From Candidatus Moraniibacteriota bacterium (GTDB lineage Bacteria > Patescibacteriota > Minisyncoccia > Moranbacterales > UBA1568), in NCBI GenBank assembly GCA_028688415.1, contig JAQTYF010000001.1:400627-464626 (forward strand): a stretch of DNA of 64,000 nt. Reading direction: 5' to 3'. The notes under the pieces were generated by a model. The model did no database searches. It was not told the DNA's origin and was given only the letters and a program-made list of their open reading frames with translations. The stretch's first letter is position 1. Each line of letters begins with the position of its first letter. The position numbers and the translations under genes are program-made. This document shows positions 27,547 to 37,632 of the stretch, in pieces.

Positions 27547-28250
27547 ATCGTTTGTGTATTTTTTTTCTCACTCATCTTGTGTGATTGTTCTGCTCTCCAT
27601 TTTTCTATTGCTCCATGATTCCCTGAAAGAAGTACCTCCGGCACCCTGTGTTCACGAAAAATTTCTGGCTTCGTATACTGAGGATATTCTACGACACCCT
27701 CTATCGAATGAGATTCTGTTTTTGAACTTTCTTCATTACCCAGTACTCCAGGTAAGAGTCGAGAAACAGCATCCACGACTACCATAGCAGGTATTTCTCC
27801 CCCGGTCAGCACATAGTTCCCAATAGAGAATTCTTCATCAATAAAATTTTCCACCACTCGTTCATCCACTCCCTCATATCGTCCACAAATCAGAATGAGT
27901 CGATTATACCCTGTAAGACGTTTGGCATCAGCTTGTGTAAAGGTTTTCCCCTTGGCAGAAAAAAGTATTGTCCTTGTTTTCTGTTGACTGTTATCTGTTT
28001 GTTGTTGATTGACAATGGTCTCAATAGCTTCTGCGATCGGTTCTACCTTCAGAAGCATCCCCGCTCCACCACCATACGGTGTATCATCAACTGTCTTATG
28101 CTTATCATGAGTATAGTCACGTATATTATGCGTATGGATAGTGATGAGACCATCTTCCTGCGCCCGTTTCAAAATAGACACACCAAAATACGATGTGAAG
28201 CTTTCGGGAAAAAGTGAGAGAATATCGAAATGCATTTTACTAAAAAACAC
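27543..28250 (-). CDS. trmD: tRNA (guanine37-N1)-methyltransferase
   Basis: 'MHFDILSLFPESF' N-terminus. 'DDTPYGGGAGMLLK' SPOUT knot motif. 4-nt overlap with ftsW. Confidence 0.85.
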   Translation of the reverse strand: MFFSKMHFDILSLFPESFTSYFGVSILKRAQEDGLITIHTHNIRDYTHDKHKTVDDTPYGGGAGMLLKVEPIAEAIETIVNQQQTDNSQQKTRTILFSAKGKTFTQADAKRLTGYNRLILICGRYEGVDERVVENFIDEEFSIGNYVLTGGEIPAMVVVDAVSRLLPGVLGNEESSKTESHSIEGVVEYPQYTKPEIFREHRVPEVLLSGNHGAIEKWRAEQSHKMSEKKNTQTI

Positions 28251-28389
28251 AAGTTATAATAAAAGAGGGTTGTTCCTGAAAATTATTTTTTCTTGCTCCT
28301 ATTTCTCTGTCGGTAACTTTTGCGATGAAAGTGTCGTTAGAAACGGAGCGTGACCCGGCCTCGCTCTCGCTCGTCGAGGCGGGCGGATG

Positions 28390-28409
28390 CCTGCCTGTCG
28401 GCAGACAGG
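28390..28409. repeat. 20-nt GC-rich hairpin motif cctgcctgtcggcagacagg (copy 1 of 3)
   Basis: Exact copies at 48680..48699 (same orientation) and 47024..47043 (reverse complement). Internal inverted repeat cctgtc/gacagg. Confidence 0.8.
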
Positions 28410-28543
28410 GTCTCGACAGGACAGTGACGTTTATCGACAACTGAGTCGGAAAAGTTCGACGGAGAAAGAAGGGAGAGAAAAGATAATTTTCAGAAACAAC
28501 AAACACTTTTACTTTATTGTACCACAAAAAGTCTTGTTTGAAA

Positions 28544-28572
28544 GCAAAAATGCCCGAATCGGGCATTTTTAC
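28544..28572 (-). terminator. Rho-independent terminator downstream of the DUF4012 gene (bidirectional)
   Basis: Perfect hairpin aaaaatgcccgaatcgggcattttt with flanking A/T runs on both strands. Confidence 0.65.
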
Positions 28573-28602
28573 AACGGTGCACATGCAGGAACAACGTTTT
28601 CT

Positions 28603-29973
28603 CTATTCACTTTCACTCAACACTTGATCTTGGTTGAGTATCATATTTTTCTCTTCTTTCGATCCATCTTTCTTGATCACCGTTACAGATATTGGCACAT
28701 CGCTCAGTCCTGATTGTTTTTGTATTTTGAGATCATACCATTCACGATTGAAATCTGATGGCAGTGTATACTCGAACGTTACTGTCTTCTCTGAAAGGAT
28801 CGGGATATGCACGATGACACCCACATATTTTTTGTTGAAGTCTTCTCCATACACCGGTGCTTTCGATGCCCCCTGTACTGTCTTTATATAACTCCCCTGT
28901 GGAATGTACACACGGAGGAATGTTTGATAATCCTTCGCAAACCAATCTTTTATTTTTGCCGTGTTTTTATAGGTGACAGCAAGTGATGCCTGAGGTATTT
29001 CAGAGGAAAGATCGATTGTGTATGCATACGAACGCTTCATATAATAATCACTCTTAAAAGAGTTCAAATTCGCATCCACCAAAAGAAGATAATCATTCCT
29101 CCACTTCTCATCTACTTTCCCGTCCCATCCAGAGAAAGCAATTTCTTCTTGTAACAATTCATCCTTAAATGCAAGTTGGATATCTTTGCTTCGAAGGTCA
29201 TCAAGTATCACTTGAAACAATTCGTATTTCTTTGAAAATGAGAGCTCTTTCACTTGTTTGAGAATTTCAAAACCGAGAATACTCATCACCGACTTACGAT
29301 CACCGAAAGCAATATCCTGTCTCAAATACCCTTGTTCCACTTGATATTCGAGGTCCAAGACTGCATTGTCAGCACCATACGTCCCTGGAAACCCCTCGAG
29401 TGTTACTGGTCCAGTCACGCGGAGGAATGACGAGAGAACATTGGTCGTAATAGCAACCACTCCGTCAAATTGTTCTTGTCCTTGTCCCATCTGATAAAAC
29501 AATTCTGCTTGTTTCGCATTGAGAGGAAAATCTGGAGAATAGTTTGAGTCACGGAATTTCCAAGAATTGATTCCGAGAGTTTCTTTCATCGGATACGGAG
29601 GAAGTACTGTACTCGGGATACGCCCATCGAAATTACCGGTATCATGAATAGCGAGATCAGTTACTGTACCGTCTTTTATCTTCAGTATGCCAAATGAACC
29701 GATGAACCCACCTCCTGGTCGAAGTTCGAGATTATTCTGAAAAAGAATAAGGAAAACTTTTTCTTGTCCTTGGGTAGAGAGGACGGCATCAGCGAGCGAG
29801 ATGACGGTCTCGAGATCAGCTCTTGTTTCTTGTGAAATTGGTACAAGTCCGAGCATGCGTTTGAGACTACCGAATCCCTGATTCTTCACTTCCCAAAAAA
29901 TAAACCAGCCTGTCAAAGAAATGACCGACACGATAACGAATGATACCCAGAATTGAGTCGAATATTTTTTCAT
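28603..29973 (-). CDS. DUF4012 domain protein (membrane-anchored)
   Basis: N-terminal TM helix. 'ELRPGGGFIGS' DUF4012 signature. 456 aa. Confidence 0.7.
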   Translation of the reverse strand: MKKYSTQFWVSFVIVSVISLTGWFIFWEVKNQGFGSLKRMLGLVPISQETRADLETVISLADAVLSTQGQEKVFLILFQNNLELRPGGGFIGSFGILKIKDGTVTDLAIHDTGNFDGRIPSTVLPPYPMKETLGINSWKFRDSNYSPDFPLNAKQAELFYQMGQGQEQFDGVVAITTNVLSSFLRVTGPVTLEGFPGTYGADNAVLDLEYQVEQGYLRQDIAFGDRKSVMSILGFEILKQVKELSFSKKYELFQVILDDLRSKDIQLAFKDELLQEEIAFSGWDGKVDEKWRNDYLLLVDANLNSFKSDYYMKRSYAYTIDLSSEIPQASLAVTYKNTAKIKDWFAKDYQTFLRVYIPQGSYIKTVQGASKAPVYGEDFNKKYVGVIVHIPILSEKTVTFEYTLPSDFNREWYDLKIQKQSGLSDVPISVTVIKKDGSKEEKNMILNQDQVLSESE

Positions 29974-29975
29974 AG

Positions 29976-31106
29976 TTATTTCTCTATATGAGCGAGTAAC
30001 GCATTCAAACGACGACGATATTCTTCTTGTGTTGGTTCGCTTGGTTCTGTTGGTTCAAGGGAAATGGTCGGGGCTATTCGTTCTTCTTGCGTTTGTTTCT
30101 CATGATTTGTATCGGACTTTAGAGTTTCAAATGGCACTGCCTCAGACGGCACTGTCATTTCTGTATGAACAACATCTTCTTCTGATACTGTTTCAAAGGT
30201 AAATGGCAAAGCATCTTCATCGGCAACTGGAAGATTTCTCTCATCGAGAGATCCCCCTTCGGCTTGAAGGCTTTTTTCTTGCCACTCTTCGTCTTTTGAT
30301 TTCTCTTGAACGAGGTTTTCTGAAAGTTCCTGTTTCCATTGTTGTTCTTCAAACGAAAGTGTATGCGGTTTTTCTGGAATGAATTTTTTCGGATCAATAA
30401 AAACATCCATAGTGTCCGTATCAAACTCTGGATACGCACGTCTTGCAAGATATTCATTTTCAGATGAAGTTTCGAGCGAAGGAATTGTTTCTCGTCCTTT
30501 CGTCCTCATCCCCATCCATTCAGGAAGGATTCGCAGAAGAAAAAAGAAGCATGTGGTCAAGGATATACTGGTCAGAAGACTAATACCGATGAATGACCAT
30601 GGTGTATCCATAGAATACGAAACAATCGGTCCATCGACGACACGCATGTCAACACCTGTTTTCACATCATAGTAGAGACCGGCGACAGAAAACAGTGTTT
30701 GTGCTGTTTGCGAAGCGAGACGTTTTGATTTTTCTGGCGTATCACCCTGCGCACGAATAATGAGCATTCCACCTCCATCTTGCAAAGTAAGAGAAACGAG
30801 CTGTTGCCATTTCTCCTTACGTGCATCTGGTGCATACCCGACGAAATCATCATCGATCAAATCATTATCGGCAAGGAGACGATTATAGAAAGAAAGTGTC
30901 TGCGAAAGTCCTCGCATCGTTTGAGCTATCTCTGATGGTTGCTCCACTGTAGACTGAGCAATGACTACAATGGTCACTTCCGCATTGTAACTACGAAAGA
31001 AATCCAACCAAAAAAGACCCGAAGCAAACGTCACAAAAAAAAGTGTGACGGCAAAAGCTCTCCAAAATGATGAGTGGTGCCATTTATTTGGTACGGTATG
31101 AGGCAT
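29976..31106 (-). CDS. Two-TM envelope protein with an acidic C-terminal tail (Wzz-like topology), hypothetical
   Basis: TM1 near the N-terminus, a ~150-aa loop, TM2 ('FIGISLLTSISLTTCFFFLLRIL'), then an E/D/P/T-rich tail. Start ambiguous (overlaps the GT4 gene end). Confidence 0.4.
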   Translation of the reverse strand: MPHTVPNKWHHSSFWRAFAVTLFFVTFASGLFWLDFFRSYNAEVTIVVIAQSTVEQPSEIAQTMRGLSQTLSFYNRLLADNDLIDDDFVGYAPDARKEKWQQLVSLTLQDGGGMLIIRAQGDTPEKSKRLASQTAQTLFSVAGLYYDVKTGVDMRVVDGPIVSYSMDTPWSFIGISLLTSISLTTCFFFLLRILPEWMGMRTKGRETIPSLETSSENEYLARRAYPEFDTDTMDVFIDPKKFIPEKPHTLSFEEQQWKQELSENLVQEKSKDEEWQEKSLQAEGGSLDERNLPVADEDALPFTFETVSEEDVVHTEMTVPSEAVPFETLKSDTNHEKQTQEERIAPTISLEPTEPSEPTQEEYRRRLNALLAHIEK

Positions 31107-32259
31107 AGTGTTCTTTCGCATTATGATATCCGTGCAGAGCATCCTCATACACTTCGAGTGTTTTACGCGCTATCGCTTCCCAACTATAATTGTCCAAAAT
31201 ACGCTCTTTGGCTATCTTGCCTAGAGCTCTGACTTCATCAGGTCGGTTGATGAAATACGCCAATTCTTTTTTCAAACTCTCCACATCTTTATTCGGAAAC
31301 AAAACACCCGTATTGGCTACTGCCTCACGATTCGCAGGGATATCACTGACGATTGGCATGAGTCCGTGTCCCATTGCTTCGAGGAGTGCGATAGACAGTC
31401 CTTCATCTTCAGATGGCTGCACAAAAAGATACGCATGTGAAAACAACTCATCGAGCGCTTTGCCTGTCTGTTCTCCAGTAAAGATAACATTACGACGATT
31501 ATGCGCTATTACCTTGAGAAACGTCTCGTATTCTTCCGTATGTGCAGGTGCACCAACAATCACAAGCTTGAAATTATTTGGGAGTTTATTTGTATCTTCC
31601 AATTCATTGAACGCTTTGATGAGATAGTGAATACCTTTGTGCGCTATCAATCGACTGACTGACAATATATATCGGTTCGGACGAATATTCCATTTGTTCA
31701 ACATTTCCGTCTCTGATTCATATGACACATCTGCACCATTTGGCACACAAACGAACGTACGCTTATACGTTGCTTCGACATATTTCTGCAGTGTTTCACT
31801 GATGACAATCGTTTTATCAGGAATCGTACAAATCATTTTTTCTGAAAAATGCAAAAAGGCTCGCGCAAATACATTCCATTTTTGATGAAAATAATCACGA
31901 CTATGAAACGTCGCTATCACTGACATATCAGGACGAAGAAGTTTCGGGATAAAAGAAAGAATACTCGGCCCGATAGAATGATAGTGCACGACATCATAAT
32001 TCTGAAACAAGGCATGCACAGTCGCAATAAATGTGTGCGTAATCGCATCGAGATGTTTCGTCTTGATGCTCGGAAGCGAGATGAGTTTCACTCCTTTGTA
32101 CATCTTCAGTGTTTTATCGGTATAGGACGGTCTGGTATAGACCACGACTTCGTGACCAAGGAGTGCCAGTTGCACCACTAATTTCTCGACGTGTTTTTCA
32201 ACACCGCCCGAGAGACTTGGTATTCCTTTTTGACCGATAAAAGCTATTCTCATACTCAA
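31084..32259 (-). CDS. Glycosyltransferase family 4 (GT-B)
   Basis: 'GGVEKHVEKLVVQLALLGHEV' N-domain and C-terminal E-x7-E region ('EGLSIALLEAMGHGLMPI'). Confidence 0.75.
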   Translation of the reverse strand: MSMRIAFIGQKGIPSLSGGVEKHVEKLVVQLALLGHEVVVYTRPSYTDKTLKMYKGVKLISLPSIKTKHLDAITHTFIATVHALFQNYDVVHYHSIGPSILSFIPKLLRPDMSVIATFHSRDYFHQKWNVFARAFLHFSEKMICTIPDKTIVISETLQKYVEATYKRTFVCVPNGADVSYESETEMLNKWNIRPNRYILSVSRLIAHKGIHYLIKAFNELEDTNKLPNNFKLVIVGAPAHTEEYETFLKVIAHNRRNVIFTGEQTGKALDELFSHAYLFVQPSEDEGLSIALLEAMGHGLMPIVSDIPANREAVANTGVLFPNKDVESLKKELAYFINRPDEVRALGKIAKERILDNYSWEAIARKTLEVYEDALHGYHNAKEHYASYRTK

Positions 32260-32285
32260 ATTTTTTGATCTACCAAAAATTGTTC

Positions 32286-33269
32286 CTAAAAACCACGGAC
32301 GATTGGGGAAAAAGAACCGAGAATATTCCCTTCAATATGATCCACATTCACTCCTGTTCCGTATTGCAGTCCTCCAAAAGTATTGACACCAGCTGGTGTA
32401 CGGGCGATGCGAGCGATACCATAGTGACCATTGTTGAAAAGAGTCGCTTTCTTGAAACCGATAGTACCAGCTGCTCCATAAGCATTTACCTCTACTCCTT
32501 CACGGCCATTGTTTCGGATGTTATTTTTCTTACTCCAGATTTCAGATTCATCCAATACGAGTTTCAGACCACTGCCTTTGTTTCCGCTGAAACTATTTTT
32601 CTCGAGCCAAGCTTCGGTTCCCATCGCAAAGTCAACACCGTCACTTTTATTCGAAGTAACGTAACTATTCGTAAGCACGATGAAGCGTTTCTCTGCGAAA
32701 ATACCCGCACGATCGTTTTGAGTGATTTCCACGGTATCAAGAAGGACACGATGTTGCTTGTCAGTTTTTGCAGAATCGATATGGATACCATCACGATTAC
32801 TGTTTTTGACAACGACGTTATAGAGATGAGCTTTCGCGTCCGTCACGATACGTACACCGTGTCGTCCACCTTTGACAGTCACATAACTCAATTTAGATTG
32901 ATCTTTCATGGTCACGGCCGGACGATCTTCATTCTTCGCTTTGATCACGACTTTTTCTCGCTTATTGCTGTCGCCGACAACTTTCACGTCTTTCGGAATG
33001 GTGATATTTTCTTTGTACTCACCATTTTTGACTCGTACTTCTGTGCCTTTTTTCACATGATCAAGTGCCTGAGAGATACTGTGATACGGATGAGTGGCTG
33101 TACCTTCTTCAGAGCCACTCGCATCTTTATCAACAAAAACTATTTTTGAACCACCAAAAACAACCACTGGAATGATGACGATGAGCGCGAGTATCAAACC
33201 AATAAAAACCTCTTTCGAAAGCCAAAAATTGCGATTGAACATAGAAATAGAGTGATAGTTCTTAAACAT
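32286..33269 (-). CDS. Right-handed parallel beta-helix repeat protein, membrane-anchored
   Basis: N-terminal TM anchor followed by repeated ~22-aa segments rich in 'N.GI.I', 'G..V..N' and 'NNG.EGV' typical of pectin-lyase-fold repeats. Confidence 0.55.
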   Translation of the reverse strand: MFKNYHSISMFNRNFWLSKEVFIGLILALIVIIPVVVFGGSKIVFVDKDASGSEEGTATHPYHSISQALDHVKKGTEVRVKNGEYKENITIPKDVKVVGDSNKREKVVIKAKNEDRPAVTMKDQSKLSYVTVKGGRHGVRIVTDAKAHLYNVVVKNSNRDGIHIDSAKTDKQHRVLLDTVEITQNDRAGIFAEKRFIVLTNSYVTSNKSDGVDFAMGTEAWLEKNSFSGNKGSGLKLVLDESEIWSKKNNIRNNGREGVEVNAYGAAGTIGFKKATLFNNGHYGIARIARTPAGVNTFGGLQYGTGVNVDHIEGNILGSFSPIVRGF

Positions 33270-33357
33270 AACATATTAGCAAATTTTGACCATTTTGTCA
33301 AGGGTAGATTTTTCAGCTATACTAGAAAGCATTCGGCTTTATATAAAACAAAAAACT

Positions 33358-35469
33358 ATGCAATTTGAAACACTTTTTTCTCCAAAATCTATCGCAGTCA
33401 TCGGAGCATCCACACAGGTTGGCACGGTCGGCTACACCCTCACCGAAAACCTTCTCCAAAACGGATACACTGGGAAGGTCTATCCGGTCAATCCAAAAAC
33501 GGATACACTCTTCAATCTCCCTTGTTATGCAAACATTTCTCTTATTCCCTACGACATCGAACTCGCTATCATTATTGTTCCAGCACATATCGTCCCTGTC
33601 GTTCTTCGCGAAGTCGCTGCCAAAGGCATAGCCTCCGCGATCATCATCTCTGCCGGGTTCAAAGAAACAGGTGAAGCCGGAGAGAAGCTCGAAATGGAAA
33701 TAACAACTATTGCACGAGAAAATAATATCGCTCTTCTCGGACCGAATTGTCTCGGATTTCTCCGCCCTTCTCTCGGGCTCAATGCTTCTTTTGCAAAAAT
33801 TCTTCCGAGTGATGGACACATCGCTTTCTTCTCTCAGAGCGGTGCTCTTTGTACAGCCCTCCTCGATCTCACCACGACGTCACTTGGCTTCTCACATTTT
33901 GTGAGCATCGGTAACAAAGCTATCATCGATGAGAACACCCTTCTTCAATTTTTCTCTGCCGATAAAAATGTTTCTGTCATCAGTTGTTATACCGAAGGCG
34001 TCACTGATGCCAACAAAATGATAGAAACGGGTCGTGCTATACTCGCGAGATCCGATGCCAAACCAATCATCGCTCTTAAATCAGGAACGACCACTGCCGG
34101 CACGCAGGCATCAAGCTCTCATACGGGTGCTCTCGCCGGGAGCGATGCAGCTTACATCGCACTCTTCAAACAATCTCGCATCATCCGTGCGGAGAGTCTC
34201 GAAAATCTGATCGATCTCCTCACAGTTTTTTCTCACAACACCCTTCCAGAAGACAACCGCGTCGCTATTATTACGAATGCTGGAGGACTCGGTGTTCTCG
34301 CTACGGATGCTGCCATCGAGAGCGGTCTCCGTATTGCGCCCCTCAGTAATGTGACCAAGTCACGGCTACGTGATGTCCTCCCTCCGTCTGCCAGCGTGAA
34401 CAATCCAGTTGATGTACTCGGTGATGCACTCGCAGAACGTTATGAACACGCACTCGAAGTAGTAGTCAGAGATGAATCCGTCGATATGATACTTGTCATC
34501 GTCACCCCACAGACCATGACGGAAGATGTGAAGACTGCCGAAGCACTCATTGCTATAAAAAAGCACTACAACAAACCAATTGTTGCTGTGTTTGCTGGTC
34601 AAGAATCATTCCGTGCTGGGAGCGACCTCCTGAAATCTCATGGTGTGGCCGTCCTCACCTATCCAGAATCCGGTATGCGAGCACTCGGATCACTCGCTCA
34701 GGTTACCAAGTGGCGTAAACAGCTCATTGTTCCAGAGATAACTCTCAGTAATATCGACAAGGAAAAGGCTCGAAAAATACTCGATGATGTACAAAAAAAT
34801 GGTCGCGCGACGCCGACTGAAAAAGAAACGAGCGAAATCCTCAGTGCTTATGGATTCCCCTTCTTTGCTACCTATGAAGTACAAACGAGAGAAGAGGCTA
34901 TTTCTGCAGGACAGAAAATCGGCAAAAAAGTCGCTCTCAAAATCGTCTCGCCAGACATCATTCACAAATCCGATGCGGGCGGAGTAATACTTGGTATCGA
35001 TTCAAGCGACGTCGGAGAGGCCTACGATCGGCTGATGGTCACGGTCAAGAAAAATGTTCCTGACGCACATATCACTGGTGCACTCGTCGTCGAAATGGCA
35101 GAATCGGGTGGTAAAGAACTCCTCCTCGGACTCAAGAAAGAACCCGGACTCGGTACCCTCCTTGTTTTCGGTCTCGGTGGTATCTATGTCGAAACACTCA
35201 AAGATGTCACGATGCGTTTTGTTCCAACCAATGAAACTGATATCGATGAAATGATCCGAGAAATAAAAAGTTTTGCCATTCTCTCCGGAGTACGAGGTGA
35301 ATCGGGTATCGATATGTCCTATCTGAGAGAAGTCTTGATGCGTCTGACACAGTTTGCAATAGATTTCCCGGAAGTCGCTGAGCTCGATATCAACCCTCTC
35401 CTTTCCTTTCCTCAAAAAGAAAATTTCCGTGTTCTCGATGCGCGTATCCGTCTCGAAAAAACGCTCTGA
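33358..35469 (+). CDS. ADP-forming acyl-CoA synthetase, fused alpha/beta (CoA-binding + ATP-grasp)
   Basis: 'SIAVIGASTQVGTVGY' CoA-binding Rossmann start, ligase-CoA domain, and a C-terminal ATP-grasp ('DIIHKSDAGGV'). Start taken at MQFETL 33358. Confidence 0.7.
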   Translation: MQFETLFSPKSIAVIGASTQVGTVGYTLTENLLQNGYTGKVYPVNPKTDTLFNLPCYANISLIPYDIELAIIIVPAHIVPVVLREVAAKGIASAIIISAGFKETGEAGEKLEMEITTIARENNIALLGPNCLGFLRPSLGLNASFAKILPSDGHIAFFSQSGALCTALLDLTTTSLGFSHFVSIGNKAIIDENTLLQFFSADKNVSVISCYTEGVTDANKMIETGRAILARSDAKPIIALKSGTTTAGTQASSSHTGALAGSDAAYIALFKQSRIIRAESLENLIDLLTVFSHNTLPEDNRVAIITNAGGLGVLATDAAIESGLRIAPLSNVTKSRLRDVLPPSASVNNPVDVLGDALAERYEHALEVVVRDESVDMILVIVTPQTMTEDVKTAEALIAIKKHYNKPIVAVFAGQESFRAGSDLLKSHGVAVLTYPESGMRALGSLAQVTKWRKQLIVPEITLSNIDKEKARKILDDVQKNGRATPTEKETSEILSAYGFPFFATYEVQTREEAISAGQKIGKKVALKIVSPDIIHKSDAGGVILGIDSSDVGEAYDRLMVTVKKNVPDAHITGALVVEMAESGGKELLLGLKKEPGLGTLLVFGLGGIYVETLKDVTMRFVPTNETDIDEMIREIKSFAILSGVRGESGIDMSYLREVLMRLTQFAIDFPEVAELDINPLLSFPQKENFRVLDARIRLEKTL

Positions 35470-35637
35470 TATTTCCTCGAGAAAATGAAAAAGGCAGGGA
35501 AGAAAGATTTCTTCTCTGCCTTTTATATCTCGTACTCCATCACATATGACGGAGCATCGGCATTCCGATCAGCGCCAGCACCAAAAGCACGGCAATCACG
35601 ATGCCCACAGTGAATTTGTCTTCAGGCTTCAGATTCA

Positions 35638-36036
35638 TCACGCCTCCCGTTTCTTGGAGAAGGTACTGATGAAATTGAGCACGTCTGGAATCGTTTTCAC
35701 GACTCCTCGCGATTCTCTCACCCTCGGATTCTTCTCCGAGGGTGAGAGCCAGCACCAGATGTCGAAACCTAGGGGAAGCACTTTCACGGTACACTTCCCC
35801 GGGTTGTACGGCGACCCTTCGAAAGAAATCACCGGACGCCAGTCGTTTGCCATCACACTCTGCTCGAGCGTGCGGTACCGATCGGCATACTGCGCCGAGG
35901 TGAGAAGCTCAACCGCCACGAGCTTCTCTGCCTTTATCGAGACAGGGAAGAACGTGACGGCCACTCCATCTTCGATCCCCTGCGCCCACACCGGTCCGAT
36001 AAAAAAAGAAAGAAAAAAAAGAAAATATTTGATCAT
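35638..36036 (-). CDS. Small secreted protein, hypothetical
   Basis: Start at MIKYFLFFLSFFIGPVWAQG (signal peptide). SD 'ggagg' upstream. The track ORF extends further to 36210. Confidence 0.4.
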   Translation of the reverse strand: MIKYFLFFLSFFIGPVWAQGIEDGVAVTFFPVSIKAEKLVAVELLTSAQYADRYRTLEQSVMANDWRPVISFEGSPYNPGKCTVKVLPLGFDIWCWLSPSEKNPRVRESRGVVKTIPDVLNFISTFSKKREA

Positions 36037-36435
36037 TTCTGACCTCCATTTTTTGTTGAAGAACGCGAGAAAAAAAACAAAAATGCCAATGCTCGACCCA
36101 TACTTTTCACTCCTTTTGTTGTTAAAAAACCATCCTAAACACGAATTACTATTATAGCACTTTTTACCCATCTTGTAAAGGGCACTCACTTCAATCCAAT
36201 TCTGAAACACAACATCTAAATATAGGAAATGTTTCTATCCAATACCCAAAAGAATTTTTTGTTGGTTGCTCCACTTGTTTGAGACGGCTTTCTTTGATCG
36301 AAAAATTTCCTATGGATGCCGTAGAGTGAGGGAATATTTTTCGCAAGCAAAGAAAGTCGGTGAGGCTGGAGCAGAGACAAAAAATTACTTTTGGGTATTG
36401 AAAGAAGTTGCATTTGAGAATGAAATGAAAGAAAT

Positions 36436-37626
36436 TTATTTCTCTTTTTTCAACGAATGAAGAAGTGCTTCAAAATGCTTCAGATAGGATTTTTCTCCAA
36501 ATCGCTCTTCTATTTGCTTCTGTATTGCAGGACCATCAAACATCTGTTTCCTGGCAAAGAAATCACCAAGCGCTCTCGCAAGTGCGTTCGTATCAGATGC
36601 AAGAAAACCATTTACTCCATTCACAATGATTTCACTCAGTGCTCCAGCCCGAAGTCCGAAGAATGGTTTACCAAAACTTCCTGCTTCGAGAGCAAGCAGG
36701 CCAAAGGTTTCTGGAAGAGATGAAGCGCTGACGACACACGAAGCGCTATGCATCAGCACCGCCATTTGCTCCCGTGTTTGCTTACCGAGATACGTCACCA
36801 TCTCACTCGAACGTATGGCAAAACCATTCTCACACGTACCCGCGAGCACAAACGGAATACGTACCCGCTCACAGATATCAACAAGTATGTCGACTCCTTT
36901 TTCCTTGGAGAGACTGCCTCCATAAAGTGCGTATTCTCTAGGTATTTTAGCGAGAGATATTCTCTGTATCTCTTTCACTTCTTGTTTCATTACGAAATGC
37001 GGTATGATAGTGATCTTCTCGATCGACATACCCGCCTCCACCAAAATATTTTTCACATACTGACTCGGTACGATATAGGCATCGATATTTTTTTCATAGA
37101 AACCCATACTATCTTCCCAATATTTTTTGAGGACAAGAAGGAATCTTTTCCCAAAACTATACTTCTTCATAAAAAGAAATTTGTAATAGTGTTTCCCTAC
37201 TTGAGGATAGTATGCGTCTTTATCCGGAGAGACGAGATTGTAGTCGTGTATGGTCATGATCATCGGTATTCCGAGCGATTTGATCGGTCCGAGTATTGAA
37301 GGCGATAACTGATGATAGATATTGTGGAGATGCACCACATCAGGTTTGAAATCATCGAGCAGTCGCTTCATTTTGCTTCGCGCTTCGAAAGACCAGAAGA
37401 GCCTCCCTATTCCGATCACTCTCTGAAGTAATGTCGAATCATATGTGTTGTATCCGACATAGTTCACTTGATACGGTGCGCTTTCGGGATCGCTCTCTTG
37501 TTTGTAATCGAGAGCGAGCGTCATAACTTCGTGCCCATTTCTTCGCAGAAGATCTCTGACATCGAGAAAATGCCGTTCCGCACCACGACGCATATACGCA
37601 TATTTATTGACTTCGAGAATTTTCAT
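36436..37626 (-). CDS. Glycosyltransferase family 4 (GT-B)
   Basis: 'MKILEVNKYAYMRRGAERHFLDV' N-domain. C-terminal 'ETFGLLALEAGSFGKP' E-x7-E motif. Confidence 0.75.
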   Translation of the reverse strand: MKILEVNKYAYMRRGAERHFLDVRDLLRRNGHEVMTLALDYKQESDPESAPYQVNYVGYNTYDSTLLQRVIGIGRLFWSFEARSKMKRLLDDFKPDVVHLHNIYHQLSPSILGPIKSLGIPMIMTIHDYNLVSPDKDAYYPQVGKHYYKFLFMKKYSFGKRFLLVLKKYWEDSMGFYEKNIDAYIVPSQYVKNILVEAGMSIEKITIIPHFVMKQEVKEIQRISLAKIPREYALYGGSLSKEKGVDILVDICERVRIPFVLAGTCENGFAIRSSEMVTYLGKQTREQMAVLMHSASCVVSASSLPETFGLLALEAGSFGKPFFGLRAGALSEIIVNGVNGFLASDTNALARALGDFFARKQMFDGPAIQKQIEERFGEKSYLKHFEALLHSLKKEK

Positions 37627-37632
37627 AGAATT

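Noticed and set aside
35540-35794. 84-aa ORF overlapping the secreted-protein gene on the same strand in another frame.
   Set aside because: It lies largely inside the better-supported 35638..36036 gene (signal peptide, SD) and is most likely spurious. A tiny membrane peptide (MNLKPEDK...) cannot be excluded.
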